64,000 nucleotides of DNA, taken from NCBI GenBank assembly GCA_046483845.1, contig JAWOCK010000006.1:24819-88818 (forward strand), in the 5' to 3' direction. The position numbers were made by a program, and so were the translations under genes. The notes beneath the pieces were generated by a model. The model was not told the DNA's origin. It was given only the letters and a program-made list of their open reading frames with translations, and did no database searches. Below, piece by piece: positions 16,997 to 25,491 of this stretch (position 1 is the stretch's first letter; each line of letters begins with the position of its first letter). This DNA comes from Thermoplasmatota archaeon. Its GTDB lineage: Archaea > Thermoplasmatota > Penumbrarchaeia > Penumbrarchaeales > Penumbrarchaeaceae.

Positions 16997-17653
16997 TCAG
17001 TGTTCATACTTCTGGCCCAGAAGGTCCGCTATTGCCCTCATGACCTTATCCGTCACCTCTCTCCAGACCAAGGGATCGTCGGCACTGTCCATGTACCCAT
17101 CGAATCTGAGGGGTCTTCCGAACTTCACACGGACTATCTTCTTTATCTTGGGCTTGTGTTCTCCCTTCGGCATCAGCTTGTGGGTTCCCCATACGGCCAC
17201 CGGCACGACCGGAGCCCCTGACCAGAGGGCCAGTTTTGCAACGCCCACCTTTCCTTTTCCCAGATGTATATGATCACCACGGGTCCCTTCTGGATAAATG
17301 ATTATATTGTGCCCCTTTTCCAGATATTCTTCACCCTTCTTCAGAGCCTCATCGCCGGTTCCCTTGCCTCTGTCAACCGGTATGGCCTGAAACCTGAAAG
17401 CGAGTGCTCTAAAGTACAGCTTGCCCTTAAACCAGTGCTTCCTGTCGGCGAAGAAATGTGTCTTTCTCCTTGTGGACATTATTATCGGAGGCATGGTCAC
17501 GAACTCGTCCAAATGAGAATTGTGGTTTACAGCGAAGATGTAGGGCTGCTTCCTGTTGATGTTCTCCCTTCCGCTCTCCTCTTGGATAAGGAATTTCCTG
17601 ATCATTGGAAGAATAAAGATTCTCTCTGGAAGCATGTACACCCACGGGCTCAT
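16997..17653 (-). CDS. plsC: 1-acyl-sn-glycerol-3-phosphate acyltransferase-like (PlsC/LPLAT family)
   Basis: HX4D motif in AVNHNSHLDEF. FFADRK, IIYPEGTRG and VPVAVWG blocks are typical of PlsC-type acyltransferases. Confidence 0.75.
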   Translation of the reverse strand: MSPWVYMLPERIFILPMIRKFLIQEESGRENINRKQPYIFAVNHNSHLDEFVTMPPIIMSTRRKTHFFADRKHWFKGKLYFRALAFRFQAIPVDRGKGTGDEALKKGEEYLEKGHNIIIYPEGTRGDHIHLGKGKVGVAKLALWSGAPVVPVAVWGTHKLMPKGEHKPKIKKIVRVKFGRPLRFDGYMDSADDPLVWREVTDKVMRAIADLLGQKYEH

Positions 17654-17895
17654 CCGATTAGAAAATGGATAGTATGGATATAATATTTGTGCCGGCAGTG
17701 GGGAGCCGTATCATATACGGATAAGGAACAATGTCATGTCATGACCATTTCAAATATACTGCGTGTTATCATGAACACGCGGTTTTGCATGAACTGCCTG
17801 TTTCGTGGCTCATTGAAGTATTGTTTCTTTTTGGCCCATATCAGAACCGGGTCGTCGGAAGATGAATGGGGCGAAGGTAAAGAAGGCGAGGAAAA

Positions 17896-18921
17896 CTACG
17901 GAAAACGCTCCGAAGCAAGGAGACCTTTCAATCCTTCCGGATCCAGAACACCATGTTCGGTGATATATCCCGTAACATACCTGGCAGGTGTCACATCGAA
18001 GGCGGGATTGTATCCGTTCGAACCTACAGGGGCCACATCCTCTCCATGAAAGCTGAGGACCTCCTCCGCCCGCCTCTCCTCTATTGGTATGTCCACTCCG
18101 GAAGAAAGTTCCCTGTCGATGGTCGTCGAGGGGAACGCGACATAGAAAGGAATATCGTTCTGCCTTGCCAGTACCGCCTTCCCGTAGGTCCCGATCTTGT
18201 TGGCAAGGTCCCCGTTCATGCAGATCCTGTCGGCCCCGGTGATGACGAGGTCTACGTTGCCCTCCCTCATCATGTGGCCACTGGCGCTGTCGACGATAAT
18301 ACTGTGATCTATATCCTCCTGCAGCAGTTCCCAGGCGGTGAGCCTTGCTCCTTGGAGGAGTGGCCTGGTCTCCGAGACCCACACAAAAGGTTCCCCGCCT
18401 TCTCTGGCCTTCGCCCTTATCGGGGCAAGGGCGGTGCCCCAATCGATGGAGGCGAGCGCCCCTGCGTTGCAGTGCGTCAATATCCTGCTTCTATCCGGTA
18501 TCAATTTTGCTCCATGCTCCCCTATCCGCTTGCAGGAATCGATGATCCCGTTGTATATCCCTGCAGCCGCCTTGACCACATCGTCATCATTTTCATGGGC
18601 TTCCTTTACAATATCCAGGCAGTTCCTTAGATCCACTGCGGTGGGCCTCGAGCCAAGAAGCCTCCGGTAGCTTTCTTCAGGGTCCTCACCTCTTTCTATA
18701 GCAAGTGCAAGCGAATACGCGCCGAACGCCCCGATGGCCGGGGCTCCACGAACCGCCAGCTTCCTTATCAAATCCACCTGCTGGGAGATGTCAGCTGCCG
18801 GAACTATTTCGAGATTGGAAGGCAGTTTTCTCTGATCTATGAGTTCCAAGGTCTTCTCATTGATCCAGAAGCATGGTCGGTCGACGGTCTTTCCCATGTA
18901 AGGGAACTTCAACAGGCTCAC
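17896..18921 (-). CDS. mtnA: Methylthioribose-1-phosphate isomerase / eIF-2B-family sugar-phosphate isomerase
   Basis: RGAPAIG, THCNAGALA, ETRPLLQGARLTAWEL and VITGADRICMNGDLANKIGTY. GTG start at 18921 (GTGA overlap with the upstream gene) or ATG at 18897. Confidence 0.85.
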   Translation of the reverse strand: MSLLKFPYMGKTVDRPCFWINEKTLELIDQRKLPSNLEIVPAADISQQVDLIRKLAVRGAPAIGAFGAYSLALAIERGEDPEESYRRLLGSRPTAVDLRNCLDIVKEAHENDDDVVKAAAGIYNGIIDSCKRIGEHGAKLIPDRSRILTHCNAGALASIDWGTALAPIRAKAREGGEPFVWVSETRPLLQGARLTAWELLQEDIDHSIIVDSASGHMMREGNVDLVITGADRICMNGDLANKIGTYGKAVLARQNDIPFYVAFPSTTIDRELSSGVDIPIEERRAEEVLSFHGEDVAPVGSNGYNPAFDVTPARYVTGYITEHGVLDPEGLKGLLASERFP

Positions 18922-21644
18922 CTCATTGCCCGTGTCATCGGAGGTGCCCTTTGGAGGTTTGGGGGCATAGGCCTTCTAACTGGCGCCTCTTGCTGTCCGG
19001 CGGACCTCCGGAACATGTACAACAATATGAGGATAATAAGGATAAGACCGAGTCCCACGGGTATGCCGATATAGATATAAGTGTTGAGCCCCACCTCTTT
19101 CGGGCCTTCGTCCTCCGCCGTGACGTTCAGAACGAATAGGCTTTCGTATTCTCCACCTCTTCCGTCGCTTACCCTGATCGTAACATTATAATCCCCGGGG
19201 GGCGCGCTTTCCGGGATCTTCACTATTGCTGTGAAGGTCTGGTCGTCCTCTACCTCGTCGGGTGCCACCCCGTCATCGGACATCTGGACATTGTTCATGT
19301 TGAGCTCTGTCAGTATCAGCAGGACCTCCAAGGGATCGTTGTCCGGATCTGTTACATTGGCTGAAACTATGGTCTCATCCCCAGGCCTGACGGTCTGATC
19401 GGAGACCTTGAAATCAATTATGGAGGGGTCGGAGTTGGCTTGGAGGACCCTTATGGAAAATTGCCCGGTTCCCTCCAGATTGGTTCTGTCCCTTGCAGTT
19501 ATCTCGATATTGCCCTTCAATCCGGAGGAGACCGATTCCGGGACAGTGAACTCTACGGTCCACATATCGTCATCCTTTCTTGCGTCGGGTGCCACCCCGT
19601 CATCTCTCATCATCGTGGTGGACATTCCCTTGAGGGGAGCAAGGTCCACCCATACCTCGTCAACATCTTCGTTGCCATCCTCCACGATGGCTGTAAGCGT
19701 TACTATGGTCTCTCCGTCGTTCGGAACCTCTTCTGGAATTACGGAGGCTGCCGTTATCTGAGGTGGAACAGGCGGAAGAATAACGTCGATCCACACCCTG
19801 TCAAGGCTTTCATGTCCCGTTGCATCTGATGCTGTTATCTCTATCTGGTAGCTGCCGAGCTGGGTGAGGGGGTCAACGGTGAACATGAAGGAATAATTGT
19901 CATCGTTCGTGAAGAGATCACCATTGTTGCCGTTATCGTACAGCTTCTGATCGTCGTCGCCACCTATGGGAGATAGGTCCGCTGTGACCCTCTCGACGTC
20001 ATCCTCCGGGTCCCGGACTATTGCCCATACGGTCCCGGTTGTGAACCCATCGTTGGGAACGCCCTTTGGCGTCACCCCCGAATCTTCTATATCGGGTGCC
20101 TGCGTGAACTCTGATATGGGGTCCACCTTTATGCTGACATTGGAATAGGCGTATCCGCCTTTTGAGTCCTTTGCAGTGATCTGGAAGGTCCACTCCCCGG
20201 TTGGCATTTCACTTCTTATCATGTAGGAGTAGATACCGTCATCCTCCACCTTGTCCCCATTATTCCCGTTATCGTACATCCTTTGGATTGAGGATCCCCC
20301 CACACTGGAAAGGTCCACGGTCACCTGAATGAGATTGCCATCCTCATCAATGGGAATACAGGTGATCAGCGGTTGGACCGATCCATCGTCCGGAACGTAA
20401 GGGGGATCTATCATGGCGGCGGATATGGAAGGCGGATGGTTCAGGAAACCGTATGCTTCAATATCGAAATTGATGGTTCCTCCTATCCTGTCCCTATGCG
20501 CAGGGTCTGACACCGTGACGATGCCGCTTGTGTTTAAGGTGAACCTCTGGTCCTGTCCTGCATAGCTTTTATCCGGAGACCTCACCTGCCAGACCACCTC
20601 TGAAAAGGTACCTGGGCCGTTGATGTTCAAGGATTGGGACTGTGCCGTACCTTCCATTGAATAATCCTCGGGGATATCCAGGAATGCTTGGGCATCCTCC
20701 ACGAGCGCCCCGTCCATTCCCGTTGGTGCGTTATAGCTGATATTGGCCGAGATCTCGAAGGTTGTCCCCGCTTCCACCATTTGTGTGTAGTCCAGTTCCA
20801 TGATGTTCCATGGGGCGGCGCTTACACCATATCTGTGTGTGCTCAGTACACCACCCTCACGCTGGTAAACGTTCCATAGCCTGTCAAAATCATCCCTGTT
20901 GAGCCTGACCTCCTTACCTCCTCTGATTCCTACCCCGGATGGGAGTGGATCGTGAAGAATGAGCTGTTTGGTCTGGGTATCATATCCTACCACCAATCTC
21001 CAGACCTTCTCCAGCGCCGCCAGGTCTTCAGGGGTGATCTGAGGTTCCGGTGGATCGGGGACCTGCGGGTTGTTCGGGTCTGGAACGTCCGGTGGTTGCG
21101 GCGTGGTGACCTCAGGCGGGATGTCGAGGTACATGTAGACCATGATCACGTGCCCCCGGGATATTGAGTTGTACAAGTCCTGGAACCTGCTTTCAAACCT
21201 GGGACTCGGATTCTGTTCGGAATCGGTCCAGTCATAGGAATAAGCACCGTATCCGTGGGCCCTTTCGGCATACCCTCTCTGGTTCACGGTGTAAAAGCTC
21301 TGATCGGAGAAGTGGGCCGCCCTTGTTAGCTCGCCAACGGTTGCTGTCCCGGATTCCAACCTGCCCTTGGTCACGTTCCTTATGTTCTGCTGTTGGATGT
21401 ACGGCCCCCAGCGATCGAAGATCATGGACAGACAGGCCTCTCCCGTAAGGTCACTGTCACCGCCTGCTACCGGATGATAAGGAACGAGCTTGGCGAGGTT
21501 CGTCTTGGAGGGATAATCCCTGGTAGGCTCTGCTCCCAACTGAAAGGACGCCGTGACCGAAAGTAAAGTGATCATGACCATCAGGGCCGAGAGTCGGGTT
21601 ATGGTTCTGGATTTCTTGGACCTATGCATGCGATTCACCCGCAT
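18918..21644 (-). CDS. Large surface protein: signal peptide, papain-fold (C39-like) N-domain, four ~105-aa Ig-like repeats, C-terminal TM anchor
   Basis: The N-terminal signal is RLSALMVMITLLSVTASF. GEACLSMIFDRWGP..VVGYD..ILHDP resembles C39-like peptidase domains. Four repeats share DLSxxGG..(M/L)YD(N/D)G..D..DD..Y/F. The C-terminus has a TM helix (IYIGIPVGLGLILIILILLYMF) and a basic tail. Confidence 0.65.
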   Translation of the reverse strand: MRVNRMHRSKKSRTITRLSALMVMITLLSVTASFQLGAEPTRDYPSKTNLAKLVPYHPVAGGDSDLTGEACLSMIFDRWGPYIQQQNIRNVTKGRLESGTATVGELTRAAHFSDQSFYTVNQRGYAERAHGYGAYSYDWTDSEQNPSPRFESRFQDLYNSISRGHVIMVYMYLDIPPEVTTPQPPDVPDPNNPQVPDPPEPQITPEDLAALEKVWRLVVGYDTQTKQLILHDPLPSGVGIRGGKEVRLNRDDFDRLWNVYQREGGVLSTHRYGVSAAPWNIMELDYTQMVEAGTTFEISANISYNAPTGMDGALVEDAQAFLDIPEDYSMEGTAQSQSLNINGPGTFSEVVWQVRSPDKSYAGQDQRFTLNTSGIVTVSDPAHRDRIGGTINFDIEAYGFLNHPPSISAAMIDPPYVPDDGSVQPLITCIPIDEDGNLIQVTVDLSSVGGSSIQRMYDNGNNGDKVEDDGIYSYMIRSEMPTGEWTFQITAKDSKGGYAYSNVSIKVDPISEFTQAPDIEDSGVTPKGVPNDGFTTGTVWAIVRDPEDDVERVTADLSPIGGDDDQKLYDNGNNGDLFTNDDNYSFMFTVDPLTQLGSYQIEITASDATGHESLDRVWIDVILPPVPPQITAASVIPEEVPNDGETIVTLTAIVEDGNEDVDEVWVDLAPLKGMSTTMMRDDGVAPDARKDDDMWTVEFTVPESVSSGLKGNIEITARDRTNLEGTGQFSIRVLQANSDPSIIDFKVSDQTVRPGDETIVSANVTDPDNDPLEVLLILTELNMNNVQMSDDGVAPDEVEDDQTFTAIVKIPESAPPGDYNVTIRVSDGRGGEYESLFVLNVTAEDEGPKEVGLNTYIYIGIPVGLGLILIILILLYMFRRSAGQQEAPVRRPMPPNLQRAPPMTRAMR

Positions 21645-21754
21645 ATCAATACTGGGGGATAGCTCCAGCTGGAACGGTTAGTCATCAATACATCATATTA
21701 TAACCTTTATGGATGACGTAAGCAAAGCAGGCCCTCCAAAACGTAAAATGCAAG

Positions 21755-23185
21755 ATGGGAGATACCGTGTGTGGTGCTTCGGGTATGGGGATCAGAAAAG
21801 AGAAGGACAGTCTGGGGGAAATAGATGTCCCCGAAGAGGCATATTATGGGATCCAGACGCTCAGAGCAGTTTCCAACTTTCCGGTATCCGGACTGCCCAA
21901 TCACCCCTATCTTCTCGATGCATATGCTTCTATTAAATGTTCGGCGGCCGTTGCCAACATGAAGGTCGGTTGGCTGGATAAGGATATCGGAAACGCACTG
22001 GTACAAGCTGCCAATGAGATAAGGGGTGGAAAACTGAAGGACCAGTTCCCCGTTGACAGGTTCCAGGCCGGGGCCGGAACATCTACCAACATGAACATGA
22101 ACGAGGTCATAGCCAACAGGGCCCTTGAGATACTCGGAGAGCCAAAGGGCAATTATGACAGGATCTCGCCCAATGATCACGTGAACATGGCCCAATCCAC
22201 CAATGACACCTTTCCCACGGCCATGCAGATCTCGGTATACAGGATGACCGCAGAGCTGATCGGTTCCGTAAGGAGCCTGATCAGTTCGCTATACCGTAAA
22301 GGTGAGGAGTTCAGGGAGGTCCTGAAGACCGGCCGCACACATCTGCAGGATGCCATGCCCGTTTCCCTCGGTGGCGAGTTCAGTGCCTACGGTGCGGCCC
22401 TTGAGAGGGTAACGCTGAGCATGGAGAAGAGAAGCAGGAGGCTTCTCGAGCTCCCACTGGGTGGTACCGCAACCGGAACGGGAATAAATACCCATGAGGA
22501 TTTCAGGAAACTTGCCATCGAGCATCTGGCCGAGATGACCGATCTGCCTGTAATCCCCAACCCCAGCAAATACGAGGCCATGCAGTCGACCACCAGGATA
22601 GTTTCCGTGTCATCCTCCTATAAGGAGCTGGCGGTGGAACTTGGAAGGATCTCCAACGATCTCCGTTTGATGTCTTCGGGACCCACTTCCGGTTTTTCTG
22701 AGATAGAACTTCCTGCGGTACAACCAGGCTCCAGCATAATGCCAGGCAAGGTCAATCCAGTTCTTCCCGAATGTCTCAATCAGATATGTTTCGTGGTAAT
22801 AGGCAATGATGTTGCAATAACACAGGCTGCCGGTGCGGGCCAGCTGGAATTGAACGTTATGATGCCTATCATGGGGAACCTCATCCTGCGCTCCGCCGAA
22901 TATCTGGTTAACTTCCTGCCCGTTTTCGAGACAAAGTGCATAGATGGCATCAGTGTGAACAGAGAAGCACTCACGAAGAGGGCTTTGAACAATCCGGCCC
23001 TTGCAACACTTCTGAACAGGAACCTTGGATATCTGAAGGCAGCGGAGGTTGCCAAGGAGTCTATGAGGACCGGCCTTCCGGTCAAGGAGATCGTCATCAG
23101 GGACGGACTTCTCTCTGAGGATGAAGCAGAAGAGCTGTTCTCTCAGAGCTCACTGGTGGGACATGTGGATGAAGATGGTCTATGA
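21755..23185 (+). CDS. aspA: Aspartate ammonia-lyase (class II fumarase/aspartase superfamily)
   Basis: The signature GSSIMPGKVNPVLPECLNQICFVVIGND is the aspartase-type continuation (PV.PE), rather than the fumarase-type (PTQCEA). N-terminus KEKDSLGEIDVPEEAYYGIQTLRA. Alternative start ATG 21785. Confidence 0.8.
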   Translation: MGDTVCGASGMGIRKEKDSLGEIDVPEEAYYGIQTLRAVSNFPVSGLPNHPYLLDAYASIKCSAAVANMKVGWLDKDIGNALVQAANEIRGGKLKDQFPVDRFQAGAGTSTNMNMNEVIANRALEILGEPKGNYDRISPNDHVNMAQSTNDTFPTAMQISVYRMTAELIGSVRSLISSLYRKGEEFREVLKTGRTHLQDAMPVSLGGEFSAYGAALERVTLSMEKRSRRLLELPLGGTATGTGINTHEDFRKLAIEHLAEMTDLPVIPNPSKYEAMQSTTRIVSVSSSYKELAVELGRISNDLRLMSSGPTSGFSEIELPAVQPGSSIMPGKVNPVLPECLNQICFVVIGNDVAITQAAGAGQLELNVMMPIMGNLILRSAEYLVNFLPVFETKCIDGISVNREALTKRALNNPALATLLNRNLGYLKAAEVAKESMRTGLPVKEIVIRDGLLSEDEAEELFSQSSLVGHVDEDGL

Positions 23186-23794
23186 TATCGAAGGCAGGAG
23201 GTCTATCAGGAACCATGTGATGATGGATGAGAGGATCGGCACCATGATATTATCATCCGTGAGAACCGTTTTTGGCCAGGGAACAGATTCCACGATAGCG
23301 GCAGAGACCGAGATGACCACTGATAACAGTGGCCCCCATATTAGGGAGATGAGTACAAGTGGCGCAACGATGAAGGAAACCGCCCCCAACACGGTCTTCT
23401 CCTTGTTCCATGGCAGCCGGGGGCCAGTTACCGATCTCCCGATCACGTAGGCCATGGGATCGCCGAAGGAAAGTGCGATCACCGCAGCTATCGCGATATC
23501 TCCACCGAAGATGAACCAGGCAAAGAGCGCACCCGAGAAGAAGGCCACCGGACCTTGACCGGGGATGAGATCCGCCTTTTTGTCATACCTCTCCAGCAAC
23601 CAGGTTATCAGAGGGAGCCGTTTCCTTTCCTGGACCATGCTAAGTATGATCCCAACTGCAAGTAGCAGAAGGAAGAACCATTTGGTAGTATCGTTCAGGA
23701 GCATGCAGCATACGAAGAACGTTCCCATGGCGATATGGAAGATTTTCCTCCTGATCCATACTTCCCTTGGTTTCCCGACATCATCCTGGACCAT
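23180..23794 (-). CDS. Polyprenol/dolichol kinase-like membrane protein (CTP-dependent kinase / cytidylyltransferase fold)
   Basis: Polytopic, with SFGDPMAYVIGRS..GPRLPWNKEKTVLGAVSF resembling the GDxxAxxxG..K(S/T)xEG motif of the dolichol/phytol kinase family. Confidence 0.55.
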   Translation of the reverse strand: MVQDDVGKPREVWIRRKIFHIAMGTFFVCCMLLNDTTKWFFLLLLAVGIILSMVQERKRLPLITWLLERYDKKADLIPGQGPVAFFSGALFAWFIFGGDIAIAAVIALSFGDPMAYVIGRSVTGPRLPWNKEKTVLGAVSFIVAPLVLISLIWGPLLSVVISVSAAIVESVPWPKTVLTDDNIMVPILSSIITWFLIDLLPSIS

Positions 23795-24039
23795 AGGCCT
23801 TTAATATGGACTGGGGTTAAAAAAGATGTGAAAGGGTTAGAGAAAGAACAAATCAGAGGGGATGGGATGCACTCTGCTTCTTCTAACCCTTTCCGGGCGA
23901 TCAACGACCAGAAAGAGGGATATTGATCGGTCGAAGCCCAACTTTCGGTCGGGAATGATTTAGTGGATTCCTCATTATATATAGGTTTGCTTATTAATCC
24001 ATCTGATCCGCTACTTATCTGGTCGATATCATCCGGGTG

Positions 24040-24771
24040 CTAACGGCGCTCACGATATCTGCTTCCGTACATTGGACGGCGTTCTCTCGCACTCTTTTTT
24101 TCCTCTTCAGACAGCCCATTGTACGTGTCCATCCCCCTCATGAGAACGGTGAGTGCTCCTCCGACCAGCATAAGGGCCATTCCGATCTCCAGCGGCATGA
24201 GCAGGGTGTGGAAGAAAGGCTCGGTGATCCCCGCCGCGCCCCATCCTGCAGGAATGATGAACTGGAAGGCGGTTATGAACATTAGCAAGACCATCCTGTC
24301 GGCCCTGCCCATTACTCCCGCGTAGTTCCTGCCGGAACCTACTGCCTGGGCCTGCGTTCCCATATACGATGCCAGCAGAACGAAGGTAACCGCTATCAGG
24401 CCGAAGATCGTGTTGCAGTAAGGTGAGAATGCGATCCCGATGAGTATCGCAATATCCGAGAACCTGTCGAAGGTATGGTCCAGAAAATCGCCTACCTTTG
24501 AGGTCTTTCCTGTATGTCTGGCAACCCGTCCGTCAAGCGTATCGGCTATGGAATTGAGTATTATGAATAGAAATGCAAGCAGCAAGAACCACGGATATAC
24601 CCCATCACCGAACCGGGAGCTCCATTCTCCGGAGACCCCGTAGCATAGACCGGCGCATAGAGCGAAGGCGAAGGAAAGAGCGGAGAAGACGTTCGGGTGG
24701 ATGAAAGAAAGTGCGGACGTGACGGGATCGAAGAAAAGGTCAAGGGACTTTCTGTGACTCTCTAATACCAT
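24040..24771 (-). CDS. CDP-alcohol phosphatidyltransferase family protein (archaeal polar-lipid head-group transferase)
   Basis: DTLDGRVARHTGKTSKVGDFLDHTFDRFSD equals the DGx2ARx8Gx3Dx3D motif. ATG at 24771 (track TTG at 24792). Confidence 0.85.
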   Translation of the reverse strand: MVLESHRKSLDLFFDPVTSALSFIHPNVFSALSFAFALCAGLCYGVSGEWSSRFGDGVYPWFLLLAFLFIILNSIADTLDGRVARHTGKTSKVGDFLDHTFDRFSDIAILIGIAFSPYCNTIFGLIAVTFVLLASYMGTQAQAVGSGRNYAGVMGRADRMVLLMFITAFQFIIPAGWGAAGITEPFFHTLLMPLEIGMALMLVGGALTVLMRGMDTYNGLSEEEKKSARERRPMYGSRYRERR

Positions 24772-25328
24772 TCGTCCATCACCTCCAGCCAATCTACGCT
24801 ACCGGGGGAGTATTGCCGCAATTCGTTTAATCTTTTTGCCTGGGAACATCTGATAAGATGAGAGACCTTTTCACAGCACTGCTCTTCATCCAGGCCCTTG
24901 CAGTCCAGCTCCAGCACGGACCTTTCTCTATTCTCATCCCCTTCCCTTACTGCTTCCACCAGGATCGTGCCGACGACCTCTGCCTCCACATTCTCCTCCA
25001 ACTTGGAGGTGGGATAATCCCTTTCACTCAACCTCTCTTTGACCTCTGCCGGGTGCAGTCTCATCACGATGCAAAGGTCCCAGGGCGCTAGATAGGAGAG
25101 ATGGCCCTCGATGATGATGTCGCTCTTGAGATCTGTCAGTTCATCTTTCAGATGATCCCGGGCGATATCGACATCTACGATGAGCTCACCGGTCACTCTA
25201 TCAACCTTGAAAAGGCCGGATGATGACAAGAACTCCTTCAGGTCGATCACAGCCCACCCCTGTTTTGAAAGCATTTTCGCTACGGTGGTCTTTCCGACCC
25301 CCGGTGTCCCGCAAAGGGAGATGATCAT
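24762..25328 (-). CDS. Adenylate kinase isoenzyme 6 / Fap7-like NTPase
   Basis: MIISLCGTPGVGKTTVAKML P-loop at the N-terminus, with the ~185-aa size typical of archaeal Fap7/AK6. Start moved to ATG 25328 from the track start at 25385. Confidence 0.7.
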   Translation of the reverse strand: MIISLCGTPGVGKTTVAKMLSKQGWAVIDLKEFLSSSGLFKVDRVTGELIVDVDIARDHLKDELTDLKSDIIIEGHLSYLAPWDLCIVMRLHPAEVKERLSERDYPTSKLEENVEAEVVGTILVEAVREGDENRERSVLELDCKGLDEEQCCEKVSHLIRCSQAKRLNELRQYSPGSVDWLEVMDEWY

Positions 25329-25491
25329 GGAAAGCAATATTACGTTGCTGTTTATTAACAGTTTGATTGATGTGATCGCGACCATCCTTGAAGCTCCTCC
25401 TTCTCTTCTGATATATTTGGTGTCTTGTGTGGGAAAATTTTAAAACCCAATCACTGATTGGTAGACCAATAATAAAACAGAGGATCATCTG

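Noticed and set aside
16112-17007. 228-aa and 239-aa minus-strand ORFs
   Set aside because: They are antisense to the low-complexity acidic/basic region of the TPR protein. Their Ser/Leu-rich mirror composition marks them as shadow ORFs.
17810-18630. 210-aa minus-strand and 225-aa plus-strand ORFs overlapping mtnA
   Set aside because: They are alternative-frame or antisense shadows of mtnA, and their Arg/Gly/Pro-rich sequences are not protein-like.
21755-23185. Class II fumarate hydratase call
   Set aside because: The signature continues GSSIMPGKVNPVLPE.., which is the aspartase type. Fumarases typically read GKVNPTQCEA. It is called aspartate ammonia-lyase, though only a phylogeny can settle this.
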